NCBI GenBank assembly: GCA_937625935.1
Contig: OW569372.1
Span: 186,001-250,000 of the forward strand
Length of the DNA stretch: 64,000 bases
Direction of reading: 5' to 3'
From: Tetramitus jugosus
Taxonomy: Eukaryota > Protista > Heterolobosea
The notes beneath the pieces are model-generated. The model made no database searches, was not told where the DNA came from, and was given only the letters and a program-made list of their open reading frames with translations. Positions 21,425 to 29,860 of this stretch are shown piece after piece. Both the position numbers and the translations under genes were made by a program. Numbering within the stretch: position 1 is the stretch's first letter; each line of letters starts with the position of its first letter.

Positions 21425-21802
21425 TTTTTTTTTTTTTTTTGTTCCATACAACCACCCGAATAAAAATTTTGGCGACAACTTTTACGGTCGTTTTTCAGAT
21501 TTTCCCAGTTGGAGCTCCACATGACTTTTAAAAGTCGACCCCTCAACAATACAAAGTGGACACATAAGTTTTTTCGTTTTCATTGCAGTGTTCACTGTCG
21601 AAAATTGAAAGGTTGATCTTCGAGGTATGAACTTTTCGAACAATGAAGCAATGTTCTCCCCTTCCACTTTCCTTAACATGAACGGAACAACATGCAACCT
21701 TGGAGCAAATAAAACAAAGGTAGTATCAATTTTTCTTTTTATCGAAAATTAACAAAGCCTTTGAGGTGTCTCGTGTGACCTCTTCTCCGCCTACCACTTA
21801 AA

Positions 21803-24484
21803 CTAACGCAGCAATGCTCCATGCCAGGGCAACAAATCCACACAACCAATCACCTTCTCTTGCTTCCAAAACACAATCACTGGAGTTTCGATAGCCGATA
21901 CTCGGCAATGCTCAAGACCTTGAAACACTTGATTCGTCAAAACCTTGAACGAGATGCACACTCCCTCCTGCTTTTTCACTTGAATACCCACCACTAGAAC
22001 AACTCTTTAACAATGACAGTTAGATGATCAAGAATAAATGAAACGGCTACACCAAGTCAACATACCTTCCATCTCTTAATCTTACAGTGGAGTTATTGTA
22101 CGACCTTTGTCTTACATCATGCAGCGCATCAATTGAATACCAGTCTTTTCTCATGTACTTGTAGTAGCCCTCCTCCTTTTTCTTCACTCTTCCAAACACA
22201 TGCACCCCGTCCAGCCGAACACCATCAGAGCGAGACCCAAATCGTCTCTTCTACAAGGGTAAGTAAGAATTGGTTGAGTTCATTGAACAAAGTGACAACA
22301 ACATTGATACTACTTACACTCATTGCATGTAACACTTTCATCGTTCCTTTGTGTGACATGCCGTTCAAGCGATCTTCGAGATGCTGCAACAAGGGAATAG
22401 CCTCGCAAATACCTTGATCCACTCGATACGTTCCGTGGATGGATCGAAGAATCACTCGGTTAAAACTCTCAAACGGGAATGCTGTGTAGCACCAGAGAGG
22501 TCCATGCCTCTTCACACAATCAACCAAATGGGTAAGAAGATGAACATTTAATGTAACATACCGATCACCATACACTTCCTGGAACTGAGTCACATAATGT
22601 GTCAGCTCCATTTGTACTTTATCCAATTGTTGCGTTGACAGTTCAGGTTGAAGCAGGTCATACAGAGCATTGACCAGAATCATGTGGTGGTCAAAATAGG
22701 GAGTGTTTGCTGGAAACAAGTGTTTTGTAAGTCTCGATGTATAGAGCATGAACACAAGACACTCTGATGCTTTAAAATATCGATGATGCTTGATGATTGA
22801 TCTGAGATTTCGTCGAAACACAGATGGAAGCTGTTGCTGCAAGAGCAATTGATCGAATGACTCCCACATCTGCTTGCTCACTCTTGCTCCCAATCTGTCG
22901 TTATACTGCATGAGTGCCATGAAGAATGATTGTCAACAAAGAGTATTTGCCTTGGAGAATGAGTGTAAACAATGAAACGTCACATACCTTGGATTCTGTC
23001 CAAAGCTTCATCAACAAGGAGAATACTCCCTCCAGCAAATGCATAATATCAATACTTCCAAAACTTGTCCATTCCCAGTAAGGAAGCATTTCTGAGAAGA
23101 TCGAAATACCAGTGTGTCCATTGATGACTGGTAGATCAGACCAAGCCACTCCTTCACTGAGTAGTGTTCGATACTTGTTGTACACTTCTTTCACTTGAGT
23201 CTCTGTTCTCAGGGAGTGATCAAACACAAAATCTTGGAATCGTCTCAACAGAGGATAACAAAACCTCTTATCAATAGTGCAACCAGAGTGATTGCAAAAT
23301 CCACAGGCGCCCCTTCCACCGTGTTGTTGTTGCATGAACAAACCTGCTTTAGCCGGTAGATCGCAACAAGAGTTGATACATCGGAGCCGGAACAACTCTT
23401 CTTTACCGTGTGCATCCTGCCCTCTAATACCTTGATCAGCCTCCTTCAATTCAGTTGCTAGCACCGAGAACAAAATGTTCGATGTTGGCTTGTTCTTGCC
23501 AAACCACACGCCACAGAAGATGACATTTTCAATCTTCATCCTCTCGTTGAAAGGCAGCTCGTTGCACACCATGAAAATGGGAATGGCAGTAACGAGACTG
23601 CTCTTCCACTTTGTGGCACCGTCATAATTCACCAGAAAGGAGTAGCCCCCTCTGGTTGTTGTCACAGGAGCAGCAATTCTCCTGTACACTTCACCGTCAT
23701 AAACATCACGAATCATATCAGATGATTTACAATGCCTCAGGCGATAGTGCTGGGCGAGAGTGTAAAACCTTTTGTCCACTTTCATTCTGTCAACAAACTG
23801 TTGGACCGGATTGTTCCAAAGGAAATACTCCATTGAACAATTCCTATTGTGCTTGCAAACACTGTTGCCCGTCACAAAATTGTGCTCGCGACAAAAGTAA
23901 ATCTTGTTCATTCTTGAGTGGTGAGCAAGGCACTTGAAAAACTTGTGCTTGGATGTCACTAGAGCATTGTTCTTGGGAAGAAACGCCTGGAGGAAGGTCA
24001 ACAACTTTTCCAAACCTGACTTGCTCAGATTGAGTTGGACCATGAGATACAAAATCAAAGTATAAGCAGTATACAAAGAAATGGGAAGATATTGACACAC
24101 CTTTTGATCCCATAGTGGATCATCACTATGAATCGTGGAGATTCCATTGGTGTAATCATCTCCGATGACTGACCTTGATTCTTGCATCTCGAGCACGGGT
24201 CGAGCTTGAGCCAAGTCTTCTACATCAACGGACGAGAGTTTGGCTTCAATGAACTCTTCATCACCAAGCATTGGTTCACTACCACCAAAATCAGTTGTTT
24301 GGCATTGGATAGAGGGCACAGCAGTGGTGAGTAGTGGGCTTGGGTTCAGTGGAGTGTTGGATGTTGTTTGGACTGTTGAGGAGCAACAATCATATTGATG
24401 ATCAACAAAGCTAAATGTTGGATTTTCCAACATGTTCAACAACACTTGTCGCCTAGTTCTTGTTCTTGTCGTTCGATATTTCAT
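21803..24484 (-). CDS. EnSpm/CACTA-type DDE transposase, 4 exons
   Basis: DVYDGEVY, NYDG, PIFMVCNELP..RMKIENV, CCDLPAKA, HGGRGACGFC, DIMH, FKASE, NVHLLTHL..HGPLW, AFPFESFN; GT-AG introns 22987-22906, 22317-22251 and 22065-22005 all restore the frame. Confidence 0.85.
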
Positions 24485-24607
24485 ATAAATGGACGTGCTT
24501 GTAGGTTTTTTGAGTGAGCAACTTTGAGAATTGTGATTTATTGTATCCACGAGCGGCTGAAGTCGGAGCTTTGTCTTGAAGACGAAACACACTTAAATTG
24601 AACAAAC

Positions 24608-25942
24608 ATGAGCACTAGAACATACAAAACTCTTCATGTGGAGAAGTTTTCGTCCGCAGATCGTTTAGCTCTCATCACCTTCTTGTCACAGGACTCCAAC
24701 AACAACTACAGCAAACTGTCCAAAAAACAACTGCTGTATGTATGGTTGTCCTCAAAGGACAAAGTAATACAAAAAAACAAGAATGAAAAAAAGTTTACTG
24801 GACTCTCGTATGACGATTTGGCCAAGAAACTCAAGGAGTACAAGGTAGAGTGTCTACCTTTTGTAAGGCAACTACCTGTCGAACCATCTGCCAACACAAA
24901 GAAAGGGGCAACTTCCTCGTCAGGTAGTACTAACCTGACAAAATTCAAGCCATCACGCTTGCAAGACGGTAGTCGTGTCGAGCTGATGTGCGCAGATGGA
25001 GCGCATTTTGGAAGTGCAAATATCTGCGGTGACATCCCCAGCACTCAGGAGGACAAAGTGACTGTCTCCATCGTTTTCATTAACGCTCAGTTCGCCTTAG
25101 ATTTTTATCTTCCAGAGGAGACAGAGCCGGTATGCGTTGGTTCTGTCGTCGGTTGGGATAAAGTTCTCATTGTAGACCAAGAGGAATTCACCAAGAGTAG
25201 TTCTAATGAGGATAGGGAGCGCTTTAAGCATGTGGATGAATTCTTCGATGTCAGAGGGAGCTCCCAAAACATCCCTCCTCCACCAGTGGTTCTTACTCAA
25301 ACGCAAGAACCTCAATTGCGTCAATCAGATCAGGTGTCTCCTACACAAGATAGTGGTTTTGTCACGGTACCGGTGGAAGAATTTGAACGAGGCAAGGATG
25401 CACAAAGAAGATTGGTTGAAGCTCTGGAGAGACTGGAGAACTTGAAGGTCTTTGAAGCATGGTTCATGAAGACCCAAAAGACGGTGATAGAAAAGATGGC
25501 TGAAGTGACTCAGGGAAAAAAGGGCCAGTCACTGAACTTTGAAACTGGGTTCAAGTTCAACAACAAGTATTACAAAACAACTCCCGAGCAACACCACAAG
25601 TTGAGTCTTTCCCAACCGAATGTGGTTCTCAAGGCCTTCTTGGAAATTGTTGCCTCCGATTGCCAATTGGACTTGGAAAACGTGTCTTACAGTCGTCCTG
25701 GATACACAGGCACGGATAGGATTAGATTGGATCGTCAATTGGTTAACAACATTTGCGCTTGTGTCCGAAAGTCATTCAACTTCTTCATTGGTGCGAATGA
25801 TGCTTCCATCACGAAAGCTTTGGGTAAGACATTGGCAGACTTTCACAAGGAGCGCCTTGAGAAAGGTTCAAGTGAGGAGGTCATCGAAGATAATGTAGAC
25901 GACGAAGTGGAACCTCCTGCCAAAATTGCTCGTCATCAATAA
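24608..25942 (+). CDS. Transposon accessory protein (TnpA-like; Tnp1-like beta domain and C-terminal BEN-like domain)
   Basis: Lies between the TIRs, divergent from the transposase; RVELM...VTVSIV...VGSVVGW resembles the TNP1/En/Spm domain; VSYS..G..RIRLDRQLVNNI..V...F...ITKALGKTL resembles BEN. Confidence 0.6.
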   Translation: MSTRTYKTLHVEKFSSADRLALITFLSQDSNNNYSKLSKKQLLYVWLSSKDKVIQKNKNEKKFTGLSYDDLAKKLKEYKVECLPFVRQLPVEPSANTKKGATSSSGSTNLTKFKPSRLQDGSRVELMCADGAHFGSANICGDIPSTQEDKVTVSIVFINAQFALDFYLPEETEPVCVGSVVGWDKVLIVDQEEFTKSSSNEDRERFKHVDEFFDVRGSSQNIPPPPVVLTQTQEPQLRQSDQVSPTQDSGFVTVPVEEFERGKDAQRRLVEALERLENLKVFEAWFMKTQKTVIEKMAEVTQGKKGQSLNFETGFKFNNKYYKTTPEQHHKLSLSQPNVVLKAFLEIVASDCQLDLENVSYSRPGYTGTDRIRLDRQLVNNICACVRKSFNFFIGANDASITKALGKTLADFHKERLEKGSSEEVIEDNVDDEVEPPAKIARHQ

Positions 25943-26246
25943 AAGATTATTCCAAGGTAAAACAATTTCTTTTTGTTTTTGTTTTTCTTTTTGGACCATT
26001 TTGTTTTTTTTGTATTTGACGTGCCAACTTTTAAAAGTCGAATCGTAAGTGAGAACGACGCGGGAGAAAAAAAAAGTCGACGGTTCATCTATCGTGTCAA
26101 CTTCCAAATGTTGGTGGACAAATTTTTACTCGGGCATGTGTGCTTGCGCAGCAAGCACACGATTGCTCATTTATTGACTTGTTTTGTGAGTGACGACCCG
26201 TAGGGCGTCATTCACTCTTCTTCTCTTGTTGTCCCCGACGGTGCAC

Positions 26247-27410
26247 CTACAGGTTGGAAGAATCACTCTGGTGAGTGTTTTGGTTGATGCCCTTCATCAA
26301 AGAGCGTAACCTTGTAGTAGGACCGTCGATGGACACAGAGCCATCTGTTGTTGTTTTCTTGTTTTGGGCCTTGTTGCTCATCAGATCACCCAGTGTGATC
26401 CTAGCACTCCTCTTCTTGTTGTCATTGAGTTGTGGACTCTGAATCTCCTTTTCGGAGTCATCATCCACATCCACAATGACTGGTTCGTCCTCAGTTAAAC
26501 CATACCTTTTGCGTGCAGCAGCCAGCGCCAATGCAGCAATTTCCTTTTTCACTCTGGCGAACACTGGAGAAGTGGCATTCACTTGCTCCAGAATTTGCCG
26601 GTTCTCAGCACTGAGCTGTACAACAGGCACTGATAGCAGTGGTGTTGCTACAGTCCTTTGTTCTTCTACCTCCACTAGCTCAGGAGTCTCCATCCTAGCA
26701 GTGGCTTGGGCAACTTCTTGTTCCGGCATTGGAACCGGTTTGTTGCCCCATTGACCCTTTGTCTTTGCCAATTCCTTGGTGAGTTCTGTGACCTGTCGAC
26801 GCAGTCCGTCAACCACCGTCAGCAGCTCCTCGTACATCTTCGTCAACCTCTTGTTGACAGCCTTGAGAGGATCATGTGGTCTCTCGACGTATCGAGTGAC
26901 CGTGGCCTTGACCTTGTTCTCTCCGCTGAGCACTGCCCGTGCATAGGTTTCATCACCCATGACCACGAAAGCAGTGTCACGCTTCTTGAGCACACTGGCA
27001 ACCTTCTCAGGTCCCAGTAGCTTCTTGATGTCGTCCACTGACATGTTCTTCATGCCATGGACGACCACCTTTCTTGTGCAATCAACACTGCGCTTGGGTG
27101 CAGCAGTGCTGTTGCCAATCCTCCTTTGTTTGTTGAATAGATCAACAAACTCATAGATGCGGTCACCCTTGACCGTCACCCATGCAACAAAGCGTTGCTG
27201 GCCTTTCCTCTTGATGACTTGGACTCGGTTGAGCCAGTCACCAAACTCCTCTCCTATCTTTCTTGCCAAAGATGACTGAGAGACACCATTACCGTTGCCA
27301 GTAATGACGACCTCTCTGTCACTTGGCCTAGAGCCTTTCCGTGCAGTGGTCCACACTGCATAACGGCTGTTGCCGTATTCCTTCACCAAATTTGTTGAAT
27401 CACCAGACAT
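26247..27410 (-). CDS. ORF1p-like protein of element A (two RRM-like units plus coiled coil)
   Basis: REVVITG...AWVTV and RKVVVHGM...TAFVVM strands; heptads LLTVVDGLRRQVTELTKELAK; ATG only about 27 nt from the element 5' end. Confidence 0.65.
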   Translation of the reverse strand: MSGDSTNLVKEYGNSRYAVWTTARKGSRPSDREVVITGNGNGVSQSSLARKIGEEFGDWLNRVQVIKRKGQQRFVAWVTVKGDRIYEFVDLFNKQRRIGNSTAAPKRSVDCTRKVVVHGMKNMSVDDIKKLLGPEKVASVLKKRDTAFVVMGDETYARAVLSGENKVKATVTRYVERPHDPLKAVNKRLTKMYEELLTVVDGLRRQVTELTKELAKTKGQWGNKPVPMPEQEVAQATARMETPELVEVEEQRTVATPLLSVPVVQLSAENRQILEQVNATSPVFARVKKEIAALALAAARKRYGLTEDEPVIVDVDDDSEKEIQSPQLNDNKKRSARITLGDLMSNKAQNKKTTTDGSVSIDGPTTRLRSLMKGINQNTHQSDSSNL

Positions 27411-27442
27411 GTGATTCCGTTTTTTTCTGCGTTTTTTAGAAA

Positions 27443-27981
27443 TTATTTTTTTTTTTTTTTTTTTTTTTTTTATACAACCATTTCGGTTGCTCGCTTTATT
27501 GTCTTTTGTTTTCTTCGGCCATCGCTCGAAGAGCGATGACCCTTGGTCACCTGATTAATTCTCAATGACGCTCGCAGAGCGTCATTGTTGTTTCGCTTTT
27601 GTTGTGGTGAAGAGGTGAAGGAGAGTCGTGAGACATCTCCGTTTCACCCCATTCACATAAATTCTTGCTTTTTTTACGGCCACTGCTACTCTGACTCCAC
27701 TGGCTACCAATCCATTGGTGATATCTTCGATGGCACTCGTTTCGATGCCCATCATACCTGTTAGATACTCTCTGCTAGTCCACCGCAGTGCTCTTTTTTC
27801 AATCTTTCCGTTCTTGAGTCTGACATTATCGAACCATATGTCGATACAACTGTCAGCTGACACTCCCATGCTAATTAGTTCCTTACCCACTGTCAGTGCT
27901 AGACACCGTCTAGCATGGACAGACCTGGGACAACGTACCAAGCAGTGTAAGACACTCTCGGGTTCTTTTTTGCACCAGGAG
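27443..27981 (-). mobile_element. Retro-element B: 5'-truncated L1-type non-LTR retrotransposon
   Basis: T26 tail at 27446-27471; exact 15-bp TSD TGCGTTTTTTAGAAA at 27428-27442 and 27982-27996; minus-strand AATAAA; ORF2-type C-terminus. Confidence 0.85.
27582..27981 (-). pseudogene. 3' fragment of a non-LTR ORF2 (C-terminal CCHC zinc knuckle)
   Basis: Extending the ORF upstream gives SWCKKEPESVLHCLVRCP, matching [C]xxC-x8-H-x4-C; the truncation falls inside the expected first Cys codon. Confidence 0.75.
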
Positions 27982-28034
27982 TGCGTTTTTTAGAAAACTC
28001 AAAAATTAGAAAATTAAATTTCTATGGATGTCCA

Positions 28035-28116
28035 GCATGCGTGGCCGAGTGGTCTAAGGCGTCCGACTCAAGTTCGGATATCTCCGGATGCGTGAGTTCA
28101 AATCTCACCGCATGCA
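28035..28116 (+). tRNA. tRNA-Leu(CAA), intronless, long variable arm
   Basis: Acceptor stem GCATGCG/CGCATGC plus A; A-box TGGCCGAGTGG; anticodon arm TCCGA-CTCAAGT-TCGGA; T arm GTGAG-TTCAAAT-CTCAC; T5 Pol III terminator at 28120-28124. Confidence 0.96.
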
Positions 28117-28250
28117 GAGTTTTTAATACTTTTGCGAGCGTTGCCTTTAACAATGGTTAGTGGTCCTTTGGTTGTGCCGTGCATATTGTGTCAAAGGATG
28201 AACACAACGTGGGACTCGAAAGAATTTTAGGAAATTAAACTTTTATTTGC

Positions 28251-29663
28251 TCAAAGAGAAAATGTCCTGGATCTTCCTGAAACTTTGAATAAAGAGATTG
28301 ATGGTTCCTCTGTAAGTGTCTGCCTCCGAAGTATCTTGTCAGTGTTTGTGTCCTTTTCGTCCTCGCTATCACTGTCGTAATCAGTGTACTGTCGTTCACC
28401 GCTGGAAGTGGCAATAATGGGAAGATAAGGATGAAATGTAGCACTATTGATTGTGCTCTTCTTATCCGTGTCGTAATCGTCAATCTTTAGACCAGTTGAC
28501 AAATCAAATACGGAAAACTTTCCTGCGTCATTACCTGTCACTAAATATTTACCAAAAGGATCACTATCAAAAGTCACTTTGACATTAGTAGATACGACAC
28601 GATCCATTCGAAAAGATAGAACTGGTTCGGTCACTTGCCTCAGATCCCAACAAAAAATCTCACCCGTCTTTCGGCATGCACTGAACAAAAAGTTGCCACA
28701 GACAGAGAACTTTAGACATGTGACTCCCTGTGAGTGCCCCTCGAGCAACTGCATCAACTGATTCTCACGCTCATCGTACAGTCCTACAGTATGGTCATAG
28801 GAACCGGCTGCCACAAGCGATGGATTGTTTCGCGAGAAGGCAAAACAAGAAATGATCGAAGTCTGTCCATAGTACTTTTTCATAATCTTTTCACAACAAA
28901 TGAGTTCATCCGAATCCGAACCAGGTCTCATTGTATCAAACACCTTTATCCTCCGATTCAATCCACAATAAATTCTGGATCCACTCGCATTGAATCCCAC
29001 TGACACTGCTGTCACTAATTCTCCGCTCGTTTGATCCACACAGTCATAAGAATGCAGCAATTGACCATTGAATGCATCCCACATGTGAACAGGTTGTGCA
29101 CAAGCCGTACTCAAAAAACAACATGTCGCAGATTGTTGAGAGTTCATCAATGGAAACCAATCAAAATCATAAATGGTGCCAGATTCCTTGACACGCAAAC
29201 AACTGTTCCATGGAGTCACTGTACTTGTGATTGGTAAATTTGAAGAATCAGTTGTTGGAGTTGTAGTTATCATGTCATCAGTTGATGATGTTGTGAGATG
29301 ACTGTGACTGAACAGTGAAGGATCATTCAATTCGAATAATCGCAATGATTGATCACTGTTGTTGGACAGTAGAACGAGACCATCAGGTGACCACTTTATA
29401 TTCTTGGTGTAGAGGTTGCTTTCACATTGATGAGACAATGATGATGAAAAATGTTGTTGTTGTTGTTGACTTGAGTTAACAGCAGCAAATTCATTGCAAG
29501 TTGAAGTGGATTGGATGAGTGTTGGTCGAGGTTCGTTGGGTCCAATGCAACATTCAATCATTGTTGTTATTGTCGTTGTTGAAGAAGTGAGAGGTTGCTG
29601 TGATTGAGGTTGATCATCATTGCTGTGATTGTTGTTCGTATCCGTGGTTATTGTAGATTCCAT
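28251..29663 (-). CDS. WRAP53: Telomerase Cajal body protein 1 (WD40)
   Basis: KWSPDG, IYDFDWFPLMNS, QPVHMWDAFNGQL, IKVFDTMRPG, FSACRK..IFCWDLR, FHPYLPIIATSSGER. Confidence 0.88.
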   Translation of the reverse strand: MESTITTDTNNNHSNDDQPQSQQPLTSSTTTITTMIECCIGPNEPRPTLIQSTSTCNEFAAVNSSQQQQQHFSSSLSHQCESNLYTKNIKWSPDGLVLLSNNSDQSLRLFELNDPSLFSHSHLTTSSTDDMITTTPTTDSSNLPITSTVTPWNSCLRVKESGTIYDFDWFPLMNSQQSATCCFLSTACAQPVHMWDAFNGQLLHSYDCVDQTSGELVTAVSVGFNASGSRIYCGLNRRIKVFDTMRPGSDSDELICCEKIMKKYYGQTSIISCFAFSRNNPSLVAAGSYDHTVGLYDERENQLMQLLEGHSQGVTCLKFSVCGNFLFSACRKTGEIFCWDLRQVTEPVLSFRMDRVVSTNVKVTFDSDPFGKYLVTGNDAGKFSVFDLSTGLKIDDYDTDKKSTINSATFHPYLPIIATSSGERQYTDYDSDSEDEKDTNTDKILRRQTLTEEPSISLFKVSGRSRTFSL

Positions 29664-29860
29664 TTTGTGTGGCGCGCAAAGTTATTTTAGTCGACAGGAA
29701 ACTCCGTTTTGATGACACTTGTTCTCAGCATAGGGGTGATCTCGACCACACCTGCCAGAAAGAAAAAAGCTTATTCAGTCGCACCAACAAAAAAAAATCA
29801 AATCATTATCACAAACTTTTTTTCTTGCACCATTGATTCGCTGTTCGTTCTTCCTTAATT

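Larger units (their letters stand above)
21455..26134. mobile_element. EnSpm/CACTA (CMC)-type DNA transposon, 4.68 kb, apparently intact
   Basis: TIRs CCCGAATAAAAATTT (from 21455) and CCCGAGTAAAAATTT (reverse complement ending 26134), 14/15 identical; 2-bp CA duplication (21453-54, 26135-36); subterminal ACTTTTAAAAGTCGA at 21524 and 26027; transposase and accessory gene inside. Confidence 0.9.
21423..27991 (-). mobile_element. Retro-element A: ~1.35-kb poly(A)-tailed, ORF1-only non-LTR element, interrupted by an EnSpm/CACTA transposon and by element B
   Basis: T18 tail at 21423-21440; body 21441-21454 plus 26137-27437; AATAAA on the minus strand near 26170-26175; single 387-aa ORF; flanking TSD. 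Confidence 0.8.

Noticed and set aside
22225-24592. Transposase broken into several ORFs, suggesting a pseudogene
   Set aside because: Three canonical GT-AG introns restore one continuous frame
26138-27587. Hairpins as bacterial intrinsic terminators or Helitron 3' ends
   Set aside because: The context is eukaryotic, there is no CTRR terminus, and poly(A) tails with long TSDs indicate target-primed reverse transcription
27428-27996. Repeated TGCGTTTTTTAGAAA read as a shared 5' leader, making B an internal-deletion derivative
   Set aside because: One copy abuts the poly(T) tail of B and the other its truncation point, and the repeat spans the A/target junction, which is TSD geometry
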